This document shows positions 27,211 to 39,508 of a stretch of DNA of 64,000 bases, piece by piece; positions within the stretch are counted from its first letter, which is position 1, and each line of letters begins with the position of its first letter. Source of the DNA: Lama glama (taxonomy: Eukaryota). A program made the position numbers and the translations under genes. Below the pieces are notes generated by a model. That model was not told the origin of the DNA and made no database searches. It saw only the letters and a list, made by a program, of their open reading frames with translations. The stretch lies in the NCBI GenBank assembly GCA_028534125.1, contig CM052817.1, positions 35,528,001 through 35,592,000 of the forward strand, in the 5' to 3' direction.

Positions 27211-30099
27211 TTTTAAAACCCAGATTTAGAGTCAGAAGATCTGCTGTGCTCTTTAGTTGACCATGACAAGATGACTTAACCTTTTCTGATTTTCTCCTAA
27301 ACTGTAACCTAGAGAAATAACAACCCCCACCTCACAACCAAATCCCTCCTGGTTGACAATCAAAAGAGAAGCCATCATGAATGAACCTTGATTTCCTATT
27401 AGGACAATGCTATTTTCTGTCACAAAAATTATAACACGGATCACAAAAAGTAGAACAAAAAAATTCAAATATATGTGCATTGATTTAGTATACAGAACCA
27501 CACAGCCCTAAAAACTATGTAGCAGATGCTTCTTCTGTGACATCCTTCTGCATGGCTTAGACTTGTTGCTGCCTATGGAAATATATGGTTTAGGAGGACA
27601 CGTTTTCCTAATAAATCACCCTATGGCAAACAAAGGACTTCTTCACGCCTCCAAAGACTATCGTAGCACATTGCAAATCAGAGTCATCTATCTCACATGT
27701 ATTCACTGTCAATTTCTTGTGCATGAATGCCGCTGAAAGTCTTTGAGCGGTAAATGCTCTGCAGTGGCACCTTGCCCTTCCTCTTCAGAGAGGAATTCAC
27801 TCCTGAGCTCCATAGCCCAGATTCAACACTTCCATTCTGTCCATGTCATGCCCTTTAACCTGCAGCTTGGTCTGTGTGGCCAGGCCAATGCGATGTCCTT
27901 GGCACGTGGTCCCCAATCTTTCACTGATTTTTTATATTAGCTTTGGTCACTCTGATGGAGTCTCATTTCCAGTAATGACGTGCATTAAAGTGGAAGTCAA
28001 ATGTCAAAGCATTTCACATTGTGGGTGAAAAACCTACATGGAAGTGCTTGATAAAGTATGAAAGACTTTGGAAACTGTAAATAGCCAAGCAAATATTGGA
28101 TATTATGGATTTTCTGAATTAATGAATGTGCTCACCAGAGCAGAAGTTTTAGTCAGGATGAAAGACAATGAACCAGAGGGGAACAGGGAGGCAGTAAAAC
28201 TGGAGAAGGAAGGTTGGAAGCTTCTTCATAAACCTGCCCGACTGCGTCAGAGCTTTTTGCTCAGGTCAGCTAAGCTTGAACCCTTTTCTAGTAGCCTTTC
28301 AAATTCCAGCTTTTCCAGCCACAATCTGAGAGTGTTTGCCTAACCCCGACTCCAGGGGGTAAAACTATTTCTATTTGTCGTCATTTCGCCTGGGTCCTTG
28401 ACCCCATGTGAGCTTCAGTTGGATCATTCATTCAGTGTTATTCATAGAAGTGATGTTTTCAAAGAATCAAAGCACAAGAGCCTTTGAGAAGCAGTTTGTG
28501 AGTGAAACGTGACTCTCCCAGGGCAGTGGCAGTGTACTAGAGAAACCGTTGAGCTGGGTTCAGGCTGAGCGGAATGCGGCATTTCCCGGGGAGCCACTGC
28601 CCCCTTGTGTCTCAGTGCCCGCCAAGAATTATTCCAGGATGGGGAGAACCTTTGGCAGAAGTCCGTAAAAGATTACTGATGCACTATTTCTGGCTCTTTG
28701 ATTTGTTGGTTCAAATAAGATTTCCATTCATCTCATGGCTTTTTAAATTATCTTTCTTCCTTCTTTAAAAAGATGAATTTTTAAAGGCGTATTTTATTAC
28801 AATTGCAAAAGTAGTATCCTCCTTGAAGAAAAAATTGCATAAAATTATTTAATTTTGTTAATTTTTGATCTATTTCCTCCCTAATTTTTTTTCTTTCTCC
28901 GTTAAAGGAAAACTAATTTCACTTGGGGACAGAAAAAAAAACAGCCACAGAAGTATGAAATCTAATTTTATCATAAACGTCATGTAAACATGATCTCTTA
29001 TCCCACAAGAAGAAAACTGACTTTTGAACTTGCTAGAATACTAAAAAACAGTTGCTTTTTTGTCTTAAAAATATGAAGCATAAAGGATAGCACTTGAGAT
29101 CATAGACTCTCGTAAATTTTGCCTGTAATTTCAATTCTGTGGATTAAGCATACTGTAGTGAATGCAGCTATTAGATACATTAAATTGAATGTTATCTCAC
29201 TTTCAAGACAGAAAAATAAAACTCCTTGCTCTAGAGATGGCCTGAGGGAGTTTGGGTAGTTTGGCAGTCTTAAAGATCCAGCCAGTGGCGACTGCTTTCA
29301 AATGTGATTGGTCAAATTTCTAAATGTTGTGTAAACGTGTTGCTTCCCCCCAGCTGTGGAGAACGTAGAAATAATGGCTTAGATCTGGGCGTTACAGGAG
29401 GAGTTCATTGTGGTTTTGATTTGGAGTTCTTTAATAATTAGCAATGTTGAGCATCAAGACTTTCTCTTTTAATATACTTTTGTGTATTTTTTAATTTTCC
29501 AAAAAGCATCTACGACTTCTATAAAACCTTTAAGCCAAAAATAGTTACAAGACAAAATATAGTCGTGGCACATTTATGTTATACAACTTCCCACATCATT
29601 GCCTCTGTTCCACGTGAGAGCAGAGGTCTGGGAATGTGGAGACCAGGCTGCTAGTCCTGAGCATTTCAACTGCGTTCCATAACCTTGGGCAGGTTGGTCT
29701 GCCTCTGTGGGCTTCAGTTGCTTTCCCTCTAAGAGAAGTATTTGAAGTAATAGAATAGAATTTCAGGGTTTCTATGTGCCAAGCTCTGTGCTAAGCAGTT
29801 TCCTCAGGGCAGTTCCATGAGTTGAGCATTATCCCCATTTTCCACATAAGAAAATGGAAGCACAAGTGTTGGAATCAGAACTCAAACTCAGGTTTCGCTC
29901 AACCCCCAACCCCCAAAGCCATATTCTTTTCACTTAACATTCTCCCAGCCACCTCTTGCCTTATGTTTCACAGTTTCCTGGAGCCAGAATGCAGGACTTA
30001 ACCTAAAATCCTCTACCTGGAAAGCATTGTCTTTCTAAATTAACCTTTGGTCACTTTTGTTATTGCTGTGTTTATTCTTTATGTTGTATCAAACTCTAA

Positions 30100-30310
30100 A
30101 ACTGGGTGACTTAACCTCAGCACTACTGACTGGAAATGCTTGGTTGCTGGGAGCTGTCCTGTGCGCCGTAGGATGTCTGACAGCATCGCTGTCTTCTTCC
30201 TGCTGGATGTCATCAGTGGCACCCACTTTTCACACCAAAAATGCCTCTAGACTCCAGGCATACGCCCAGGTGTCCCCTGGGGAAAAATCACCCAGGGTTG
30301 AGAACCACTG
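30100..30310 (-). mobile_element. MER20 (hAT-Charlie)
   Basis: gctgtcctgtgcgccgtaggatg..cccagggttgagaaccactg. Confidence 0.7.
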
Positions 30311-30666
30311 CTCTAAAAGGAGGAAAAAGGTAAATTCTTGCATTAACCCTGAAGGAAAACTGTATTGAAAGGAGATATGGAATACTTTACTCGCATGATT
30401 CTTTGACTTTACCAGCTCTGGCTAAAGTCAGCTCCAAGTATTTCACAGTTATTTGCCCTGTGCAGAACACTGTACCAGCTACACATACATTAAATATCCA
30501 AGATTCAGGGAAATGCAGAAGAAGAATAAACTTTGCCTTCTCAACAGTGACTCCACTCCTCCCTTAGTGAAATTCATCTTTGCCTCAGAGGAAAGGAGCT
30601 ACGTGAGCCTACTGAGTAGGAATAGGTATTCAGTAGAGAACAGTGGTAACTGATTACACTGCTGAT

Positions 30667-30672
30667 TTTATT
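30667..30672 (-). promoter_or_regulatory. Candidate SPINK2 polyadenylation signal AATAAA
   Basis: tttatt on + (AATAAA on -), about 245 nt downstream of the stop codon. Confidence 0.55.
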
Positions 30673-30915
30673 CCAAATAAATAAAGTAACACATAAGTCA
30701 TCTGGGCAATAAGCTTAACTCAAGGGAAAAAAGGCAAGAAACAAGGATTTTTTTGTTTGTTTTAATTATCAGGCACTGCCCATAGCTCTCTTCCACACTT
30801 CATCTCAGAAAATGTGGGTTAACAAATTTCACACAAGAAACATAGGAAAAGAAAAAAAGGGAAAATGAAGTTGATCTAGTGTGCAGTCAAAGGTGGTCTT
30901 CTGTAAACTGCTCCA

Positions 30916-30961
30916 TCAGCATGGTCCACTTCGGATTATTTTTATATCATGACCATCTTCC
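30916..30961 (-). CDS. SPINK2: SPINK2 coding exon 4 ((R)EDGHDIKIIRSGPC-stop)
   Basis: Acceptor tttgcAG. Supplies the sixth Kazal cysteine and the TGA at 30916-30918. The four exons sum to 258 nt (85 aa + stop) with matching phases. Confidence 0.95.
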
Positions 30962-31719
30962 CTGCAAATTGAAGAAACCATTAAAAAGACATTTATTCCC
31001 AACCATCTTGAAACCATCCCACTATTTGTATTAAACAGACTCACGTCATTATACATTAGATTCTTCCAGGGTGACACTTACTTAATCATTTTTAAAGCTG
31101 AATCCAGGAAACAGTGAGGGTGAAAGCCCAACTCTACCATGTTTCCATCACCCCAGGGCACAGGGAGCTACCCCCGAAGAGTCACTCAGAGAGGGCCTAG
31201 TAACTCACCGAGGTCAGAGAATGGAGCCCTGAAACACAAAGCAGCTCACCTGGAGGAGGAGCCACGGCCATCTGAGCTGGTCAGGTGTGTTACATGGGAG
31301 GGCATCGGGTGTAATACATTTGTTACTGAGCATTCTACCACGGAGACTTATTGAGACCTGTTTTCTGACTAGTGGTGCAGGGTGTGTGGGTCACCTACAC
31401 ATGTCCTCTGAATTTAAAAGAACATTTACCATTCTGCAGAATTCAACTACTAAATATAGTCTTCATTTGGGGAAACTGCACATCCCTGGAGAGTAACATC
31501 ACTTAATTATCTGATTAATCACACACCTCATTCTCTAACACTGACCTAGAAAATACACTGAAGGATTCTGTGTCCTTTTAAGTGTCAGTATGAAAACAGA
31601 ACTACTATGTCACATTTGATTCTTATGTCCAAAAAAAGAGTCACAGCTTCCTAAGGAATCGAAATGCAAGAAAAGAACTGAAGAAAACTTGGCTAATTTA
31701 TACTGTAAAATTATGTTAC

Positions 31720-31829
31720 CTGATTTTCATGCACAGAGTACACTCATTGGGGTAAGTGGACATGTCGCTTCCACACACGGGGCTAAAGTCTCTGGGACAT
31801 CCTGGTAATTTATACTGATAGCAATTTGG
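31720..31829 (-). CDS. SPINK2: SPINK2 coding exon 3 (Kazal core [36 protein letters not shown])
   Basis: On the minus strand: acceptor cttttccAG, donor ag|GTaaca, 110 nt. Kazal C-x7-C-x7-C and Y-x-N-x-C-x2-C pattern, very close to human SPINK2. P1 is Arg (C-P-R). Confidence 0.95.
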
Positions 31830-32304
31830 CTGGAAAAGAGAAAGGGAAACAGAAATTGGAGAATAACCTGAGACATTCTCATCACAAAATAGCTCAGGGG
31901 AGGACAAAGACCCAAGTATTCCTGGATTTCCTAGAAACATCCTACAGAAAGGTTTCTGTTCTCCACAAAAAAAATGGTTTTTCTAATGTAAAAATCTGTG
32001 CAATGTTGAAGCAATGGATCAATATGTGCTTGTAAGAAAAGGACCTCAGAGGAAGGTTCAGTCTGGCTGATTTTCAAATGAAAGTCCAAGACATGCCACC
32101 GTACCTACTTGACTAACCTCCAGCTTCATAATTTGCTCATCACTACCATCGCCACGTGAATATCCTGCTGCCTGCCACCTCAGTCCCTGGCATAATGCCC
32201 AGATGCGCTGGGGAATCTAGTCTTCTTGTCGGGACTTTTAAGATACTGGCATCTAAGCAGCAGTGCTCAAGAAAGCAGTAGGTTCAGAACAGGACTTCAA
32301 GGGT

Positions 32305-32740
32305 TGTCATGGGCTTCATTGTGTCTGCCCCACAGATATGTTAGAGTCCTAACCCCCAGTGCCTCAGAACGTGACCTTATTAGGTAAGAGGGTCTTTATA
32401 TAGGTAATCGAGTTAAAATGAGGTTAGTAGAGTGGGGCCCTAATCCAGTATGACTAGTGTCCTTTTTATAAAAGGGAAAATCTGGACACAGAGTCATGCG
32501 CAGAGGGAAGATCATGTGAAGACACAGAGAGAACGTGGTTTACAAGACAAGGATTGCCTGAGGCTACCAGAGAGAAGGAGAGAGGGATGGAATAGATTGT
32601 CCCTCGCACCCTTTGGAAGGAACCAACTCTGCAACACCTTGAGTTTAGACTTCTAGCCTCAGGAACTGGGAGATAATCCAATTTCTATGGTTTAAACCAC
32701 CCAGTTTGTAGTAATACGGCAGCCCTAAGAAACTGATATT
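32305..32740 (+). mobile_element. MaLR LTR (MLT1) in SPINK2 intron 2
   Basis: tgtcatggg..gtcctaacccccagtgcctcagaacgtgaccttatt..gacttctagcctcaggaactg..gcagccctaagaaactgat. Confidence 0.8.
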
Positions 32741-33194
32741 AGGTCATGGAACTCAACCCTCAGATTTGATGGAATTGAGGCCAGAGGGGTCATACATCTT
32801 GCTCAGGACCATAGTCTCCAGCAGGGCCAAGACTAGAACTGGTCACAGTGATCAGACCGTCGTGTGCAGAGTCCCACTGTAACAAAAGGTGAAATACAGG
32901 GCCTGCTGTATTTCTGTTTTATTTTAGTAAATAGTGATCACCTTTTCTCACTTCAGAGTAAGTCACCCTGTTTTGCACTCTGAATAAATGAAATATACCT
33001 TTCCATTGATATTATGTGGATTCATAGAGACCTGAGCAGGACTGGCCATGGGCCAAACTCTGAAGGAAACTTTTTTTTTTTTTTTGCCCCTTTCTACCCA
33101 CCGTTCAGTCCTCTGTGCTCCACTTAGGAGCCTGATGTGCTCTGGCTGCCCCAGGCTCACTGAGATGCTGCGTTCCAGGGCTGCTCTCACAGGA

Positions 33195-33301
33195 GAGTAG
33201 AGGCCCTCTTACCCCAGCTAGACTGAGACAAGCAGTAACTGGTCATTTCATTGAAAAGGTGAATTAAAGCAAGGAAACAATAATAAAAAATAATACATAC
33301 C
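33195..33301 (-). mobile_element. 3' terminus of the same Tigger13-like element
   Basis: The reverse complement ggtatgtattattttttatt..gctttaattcaccttttcaatgaaatgaccagttact..ggggtaagagggcctctact resembles the recalled Tigger13a 3' end and TIR. It abuts the first gap. Confidence 0.65.
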
Positions 33302-33801
33302 NNNNNNNNNNNNNNNNNNNNNNNNNNNNNNNNNNNNNNNNNNNNNNNNNNNNNNNNNNNNNNNNNNNNNNNNNNNNNNNNNNNNNNNNNNNNNNNNNNN
33401 NNNNNNNNNNNNNNNNNNNNNNNNNNNNNNNNNNNNNNNNNNNNNNNNNNNNNNNNNNNNNNNNNNNNNNNNNNNNNNNNNNNNNNNNNNNNNNNNNNNN
33501 NNNNNNNNNNNNNNNNNNNNNNNNNNNNNNNNNNNNNNNNNNNNNNNNNNNNNNNNNNNNNNNNNNNNNNNNNNNNNNNNNNNNNNNNNNNNNNNNNNNN
33601 NNNNNNNNNNNNNNNNNNNNNNNNNNNNNNNNNNNNNNNNNNNNNNNNNNNNNNNNNNNNNNNNNNNNNNNNNNNNNNNNNNNNNNNNNNNNNNNNNNNN
33701 NNNNNNNNNNNNNNNNNNNNNNNNNNNNNNNNNNNNNNNNNNNNNNNNNNNNNNNNNNNNNNNNNNNNNNNNNNNNNNNNNNNNNNNNNNNNNNNNNNNN
33801 N
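33302..33801. other. Assembly gap (500 N)
   Basis: Run of exactly 500 N. Confidence 1.
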
Positions 33802-35481
33802 TGTGTTTGTTGATCATCATTAATGATATCTATGTATGGCTTCACAAAACAACAAATAAGAAAAAAGTCCTTCGGAGAGAAGAAAATTTCCCTTTGCAGT
33901 AACAAAGGTTTACTGTGGGTATTCCCAAGGTGCTGTAAGGAATTAAAAGACATCCATGACCAGGTCGCTGCTCTAGGTTCCTGTCTTTGTAGTTTGGGGA
34001 AAGATAAGCCTAAAAATCAGGGACAGTATAAAATGAAAATATGGGGCTCCTTGTTAAAATATTTTTGCAAATTTCAGGACAATGACTGCAGAGCATTAGA
34101 TCAAGCACAAGGCTCTTCTAATTATGGGGCCCCATGTGATTGCACAGCTCACACATCCATGAAGCTGCCCCTGAAGAAAACAACAAATTATTCCATTTGG
34201 AAAATAGTACAGAGGTTCCTCAAAAAATTAGAATTGAACTACCATATGATTCCACATCCACTTCTGAGTATTTATATGACAGAAACAAAAACACTCAAAA
34301 AAATGTATGCATGTCCACTGCAGCATTATTTACAATATCCAAAACATGGAAACAACCTAAATGTTCATCAGTGGAATAATGGTCACTTATCCATAAAAAG
34401 AATGAAATCTTGCCATTAGCAACATCATGGTTGGACCTTGAGGGCGTTATGCTAAATGAGATAAATCAGGTAGAAAAAGAGTAATACTGTGTGATCTCAT
34501 TTATATGTGGAACCTAAAACAAAAATAAAAATATAAACTCATAAAAAATAATAAATCATTAAGACAAAATATAATGAAATAAACACTTGAGAAATATACA
34601 AGGTACTGATGGGAAAAACAAGGAAGAAACCATGAGGCATCCATGCTATAGAAAAGGGGCTGAAAGATGGTACACAAAAATGCCGACGCCTCCTCTAAGG
34701 GAAGTGATGTGGGGCTGAGGAGCGTAGGGAGTTGATAGAGGGGGCTTTTCTCGTTCGGTCTCTGTACTTCTGTATTATCTGAACCTTTTATAGTGAGTTT
34801 GTATTTTGCATTTGTAATTCAAATAAGTGATTTACCAAAGAATCTTGGCTACTGTTGTTAACGTTTATCATATGATATACTCTGATGATACTATTCTATT
34901 CCATTAAAAAAAATATTGGCCCTCTGAACCAGCACTTCACAAAAGAAGATATTCAAATAGCCAATAAACAAATGAAAATGTTCTCAACTTCATTAGTCAT
35001 TAGAGAAATATAAATTTAAACCATAATGCGATGCCACTGTCTACCCAGTCAAATGGCTAAACTGAGAAAAACAATGCCAATTTTCAGCAAGGATATGGAG
35101 CTACTGGAACTCTCGTACATTATTTATGGGAGTATAAATTGACACAAGCTAAAAACAACTATTTAGCATTATCTACCAAAGCTCAGCATACATATACACT
35201 TTGACCCGGTAGTTGAGCTCCAAGATACATACCTAACAGAAATGTATAGACGGTCATGAAAAATGACCAAAAATGGTCACAGAAGTAGATTGTATTTTCC
35301 AAAGATGGCTGTGACAACCTCACTTGTAGCATGTTTTCCTATAATATAGCCTAGAGATTCTTCCCTAGGAGAGATAGAATCGGTCTCCTCCCTTTGAACC
35401 CAGGCAGGCTTGTGACTCATTTGGAACAAGAAAATATTGTGTAAGCGATGCCATGTGACTTCCAAAGTTAAGTCAGTGGAG

Positions 35482-35996
35482 GGTAGAAGGACATGTCACC
35501 CCATAATGTACCACTTTGACAGTATTCTTTGAGCTGAAGGCAATTGAGAAAAAAGCACATATCAGGAAAGCTCTCTGCCTTCCTCCTACTTGCCTAAATA
35601 CAGGAGATAAATCTATGATGGTGTCTCCTGTCTCTCCTCTCTGCCAGGCAGAACAGAAGTTAATTACCAGAGATAACCGTAGACCTATCAGCCCAGCCCT
35701 TACCTCCCCATATATTATTTTACCACAATTTTCTGTCCTAAAAACTTGTGGTCCTTTTCTTTTGTCTTGTTACTTCTCTAAAAATTTTTGTTCTTTTGTT
35801 AAGATGCTCTAGAAGCCCATGTTCTAACTGCCCTTTGTGATACTCATCACTGAGAATTCCCATATATACTTTAATGCACATGTTAATAAACTTGTGTTTT
35901 TCTCTGTTAATCTGGTTTTTTGTCAGTCTAATTTACAGGGCTTAGGTTCAAATGAACCTAAGATGAGTAGAGGCAAAAGAGCTTTCCCTCCTTTAC
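35482..35996 (+). mobile_element. MER34/MER39-like ERV1 LTR inserted in an MLT1 element (about 35290-36340)
   Basis: atgtcaccccataatgtaccacttt..gagctgaaggcaattgagaa start and an aataaacttgtg..ctgttaatctg 3' region. Confidence 0.6.
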
Positions 35997-36344
35997 GTTA
36001 GAAAAAGCCCGCAGCTTCTTCTTTCTTCCGGGGGACACTCATGCTTGGCATTCTGAGCTACCATGTAAGAAGTCCAGCTGCCCTGAGGCCACCATGCTGT
36101 GAGGAAGCCAAGTGACCAGGAGAGTCCACATATAGGTGACCCAATGGGCAGTACTCAGTCTTAGAGTCCTCTTGGCCCAGGTGCCAGATGTGTGCTGATG
36201 CCACTGTCATCTCACTCTCAACCACTGAGTCTTTTCAGCCGAGGCCCCAGACCTCACTGCAGCAAACATAAACCATTCCCACAATGCCCTTTCCAAACTC
36301 CTGGCTCATAGCATCTGTGAGCATGATAAAGTGGGCATTCTTTT

Positions 36345-36455
36345 TTCGTGGGGGGAGCAGGGGGGAGGTAATTAGGTATTTTTGCTTTTTTTTTTTTTAA
36401 CTGTTGAACCCAGGACCTCGTGCATGCATATACTTTACCACTGAGACGTACCCAC
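36345..36455 (-). mobile_element. tRNA-derived SINE (Vic-1-like), degenerate
   Basis: ttgaacccaggacctcgtgcatgc..ttaccactgag with a ggggaggtaattagg tail segment. Confidence 0.7.
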
Positions 36456-37164
36456 CCAACTAAATAATATGTTGCAGTTATCCATGTAATGGAATATTCT
36501 ATGGCAGTGAGAACTAATTGATACACAAAACAACATGGATGAATTTTACAAATACAATGCTGAGCAAAAGAAGCCAAATACAAAAGAATACATACCATAT
36601 GATTTTATTTATATGAAATTCCAAAAGGACAAAACTTATATCTAGTGCTGGAAACCAGGGTAATGGTTAGCTCTGGAAGGAGGTAGTGACTGGGAGGGTG
36701 TGTAAGGAGGGTTTCTGAGATGCTAGCAATGTTCTGTTTCTTCGTGTCAGGCTGGCTGCACAGTTGTGGCTATTCTGTAAAAATCTGAGTTCAACTTTTG
36801 ACGTATGCACTTTTCTGCTTTTAGGTTACATTTCAATAACATTTTTAAAGATGCCAACAATGACCCAGAGATTGATTTCCCAACCCACAGATTGTAATTT
36901 ACAGTTCTATGTGAATGGTACCTGATGGGGCTGTATAGGACAGTGGCTGGTGGTGATCTTGCCTCAGACGGCTGGATGGGTATCTCAGGTCAGCTGTTTG
37001 TGTAAAAGCATCCTTAACATAAAGCTTCCTGCATACTAGAACCAACTGCCGGCTGCCTCCAACTCAAAGGCTCTGGGGAAGACTATCCTTTCCCTTCAGA
37101 TCAATTGGAATGTGCCGGTAAAAGGGCAGAAATATCTTAGTGTTTAAGATCATAGACTTTGGGT

Positions 37165-37250
37165 GGAGGGAGGGTATAGCTCAGTGGTAGAGTGAGGCAT
37201 GAATGAGGTCCTGGGTTCAAGCTCCAGTAACTCCATTAAAAAAAAAAAAG
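37165..37250 (+). mobile_element. tRNA-derived SINE (Vic-1-like)
   Basis: gggagggtatagctcagtggtagag..gaggtcctgggttcaagctcc followed by poly(A), with a degenerate TSD (aagatcatagacttt / aagaacatggactt). Confidence 0.85.
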
Positions 37251-37941
37251 AAGAACATGGACTTGGGTATTTGATAGATGGGCTTTGAATGGTGTGCAGC
37301 AGGTTAACTTGACCTTTATAAAAACATTTCTTTAGCACTTACTCTGTGCTAGCATTTTACATGTACAATCTCATCTATTAAAAGAACAAACCTGTGAAGT
37401 AACTTAGTTACTAGGACTTTCCATTTATGAAGCTGAGGAAATTAAAAACTGGAGAAATTAGATAACCTGCTGGAGCTCCCAGTGTTTATAAATGTCTAAG
37501 GATGGAGCCTGACATATGACTGTATTTTTTTGAGTTGCCTGAATACATGGGCAAACTTCAGATTGGGACTGGGAGGTATGGCACTAGTCAGCCAGAAATG
37601 GAAAGAGAAGTTTACAGATGATGTTAAAGAGTCTTGACCAAGGGCAAAGTCAGGTTAGGAGTACGTAAATCCGGGGTTTGAGTTCCATCCCTCTTTGACT
37701 GATCTTTGGCTAAGCTGAATCATTTTAGTTTTTCTTTTTGTATGGTGGTCATGTTTGTTTTTCTTCTACAGATGACTGCTTTCAGAGAAATGATGGAGTT
37801 CTTCGTCTCTTTAGATCTTTGTATGATTAGCTTCTTGGTATCATTCAGGTCTCTGGTCAAATGCCACCTCCTCAGAAAGCCCTTTGCTAACTACCTTGTC
37901 TAAAATATCCTCCCTGTCACTCTCTCTTTATTTCTTCTTAG

Positions 37942-38053
37942 TTTTTTTTTTTTTCAATTTTTTATTTGTTTTTCATGGGGGTGCTGGGACCTGAACTCAG
38001 GACCTCACGCATGATAAGCACGCGCTCTGCCACTGAGTTGTATCGACCCCCTC
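37942..38053 (-). mobile_element. tRNA-derived SINE (Vic-1-like)
   Basis: Poly(T) followed by tgaactcaggacctcacgcatgataagcacgcgctctgccactgagttgtat. Confidence 0.8.
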
Positions 38054-39401
38054 CTTAGTTTTCTTCTAGGCAATTTTCAGTGCTGGCAACCATTTTATTT
38101 ACTTGTTTATTGCCTGTCTCCTCCATTATAATGTGAGCTTCATGAGGGCAAAGATTTATCTGCTTTATTCATCTAAATCCCCAGTGCCTAGAACAGTGCC
38201 TGGAAGGAATGTCCTAGATGATCAATTAGTACTAGGAAAGAGAGAAAGAGAGGAAGGCAGGAGGGAAGCAGGGAGGGAGGAAAGAAGGAGACTGGGATAC
38301 AGACATTTGAGGACTTTGAATTGGCTTTTTGTGTTTAAGCCTGTATTGGTAATACGAGCTCCTATAAGAGATATCTTGCCCCACCCCCCAAATCTCAGTA
38401 GCTCATCACAAAAACCTTATTTCTCATTCACAAAATCATCTAATGCAGATGTTCCTGGTTAGGGGGTTTTCCTCCAAGTAGTGATTCAGGGATCCAGGCT
38501 CCTTCCACATGCAAAATGTGGCTCCCAAGATCGCCCTGGGAGCCATCTCCCTCCCTGTCAGCTGGGAGGGTTCAAGGGCATGGAGGACAACACAGAGGAG
38601 ATTTAATGGGCCAGACCTGGAAGTGCTATGTATCACTTTTGACCACATGCCACTTGGCACAGCTAAGTGTAAGGGAGGTTTGGAAATACAGTCTAGGTGT
38701 GTGCCCAGGAGAACAGAACACATCTGGTGAACAGCTAAACAATCCCTGCCACTGTGGTTAAATGAGGTGGTCCCTGTTACACATCTATAAATAAAGAGTT
38801 CAGAGTAAAATCATTCGTTACTGTATATTTGTGTTTTAAAAGTCTAGAAACCATTTGTTTCAGAGAATTTCCAAAGTCTCCCTCTATGATAAAACCATTC
38901 CCTTTCCTTGAGAGCTGCCTTTTATATTCTCCAGGGAGAGGAAAGAAGAGAAACCTGAACTTGATTTTTGCAAAAATTTCATTTGTATCTAAATTGTTTC
39001 ACAAGACTGTGACATGTTTACATATAAACTATATTTTTGACTAGATTACAAAACCTGCCACAGTTGACCCCAAAGGCATGGATTTCCTAACAGGGTGGCT
39101 GTCAACACTGCAAAATGTATCTCTGAGGGTTTGAAATCTTACCACCTAGCAAGGAATAGATATTTCAAAATTTCTAAATTTTAAGTGAGGCCCAGTTAAA
39201 GCCTGGTGTTTCCACTCAGATTACCTTATCACAATTTTTTCCCCCTAATTTAATACTAGTCAAGACTATAAGCTCCAGAAGAATGAGTTTCTGTCCATTG
39301 TCAGAGAGGTAGCAAGGTGATAACAGGAAAAACTAACATTTACTGAGGCTTATTTGTCAGGACTGTGCTAGGCACTGTGCCCATGAACTTGACTTCCTTT
39401 A

Positions 39402-39508
39402 TTTTTTTTAACATTTTTTATTGATTTATAATCATTTTACAATGTTGTGTCAAATTCCAGTGTTCAGCACAATTTTTCAGTCATTCATGGACATGTACAC
39501 ACTCACTG
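39402..39508 (-). mobile_element. Very short L1 3' tail inserted in a MIR
   Basis: Perfect 17-bp TSD gaacttgacttccttta at 39385-39401 and 39509-39525. Confidence 0.8.

Noticed and set aside
31716..31940. 74-aa ORF as a stand-alone single-exon Kazal gene
   Set aside because: Its N-terminal part is intron sequence upstream of a clear acceptor, and it lacks the sixth cysteine, which is in exon 4.
33248..33953. Long ORFs of 190 and 229 aa
   Set aside because: Artefacts of translating through the N gap.
33823..34419. 198-aa ORF
   Set aside because: Non-ATG or weak start and no recognisable domain. Its 3' half is off-frame L1 sequence.
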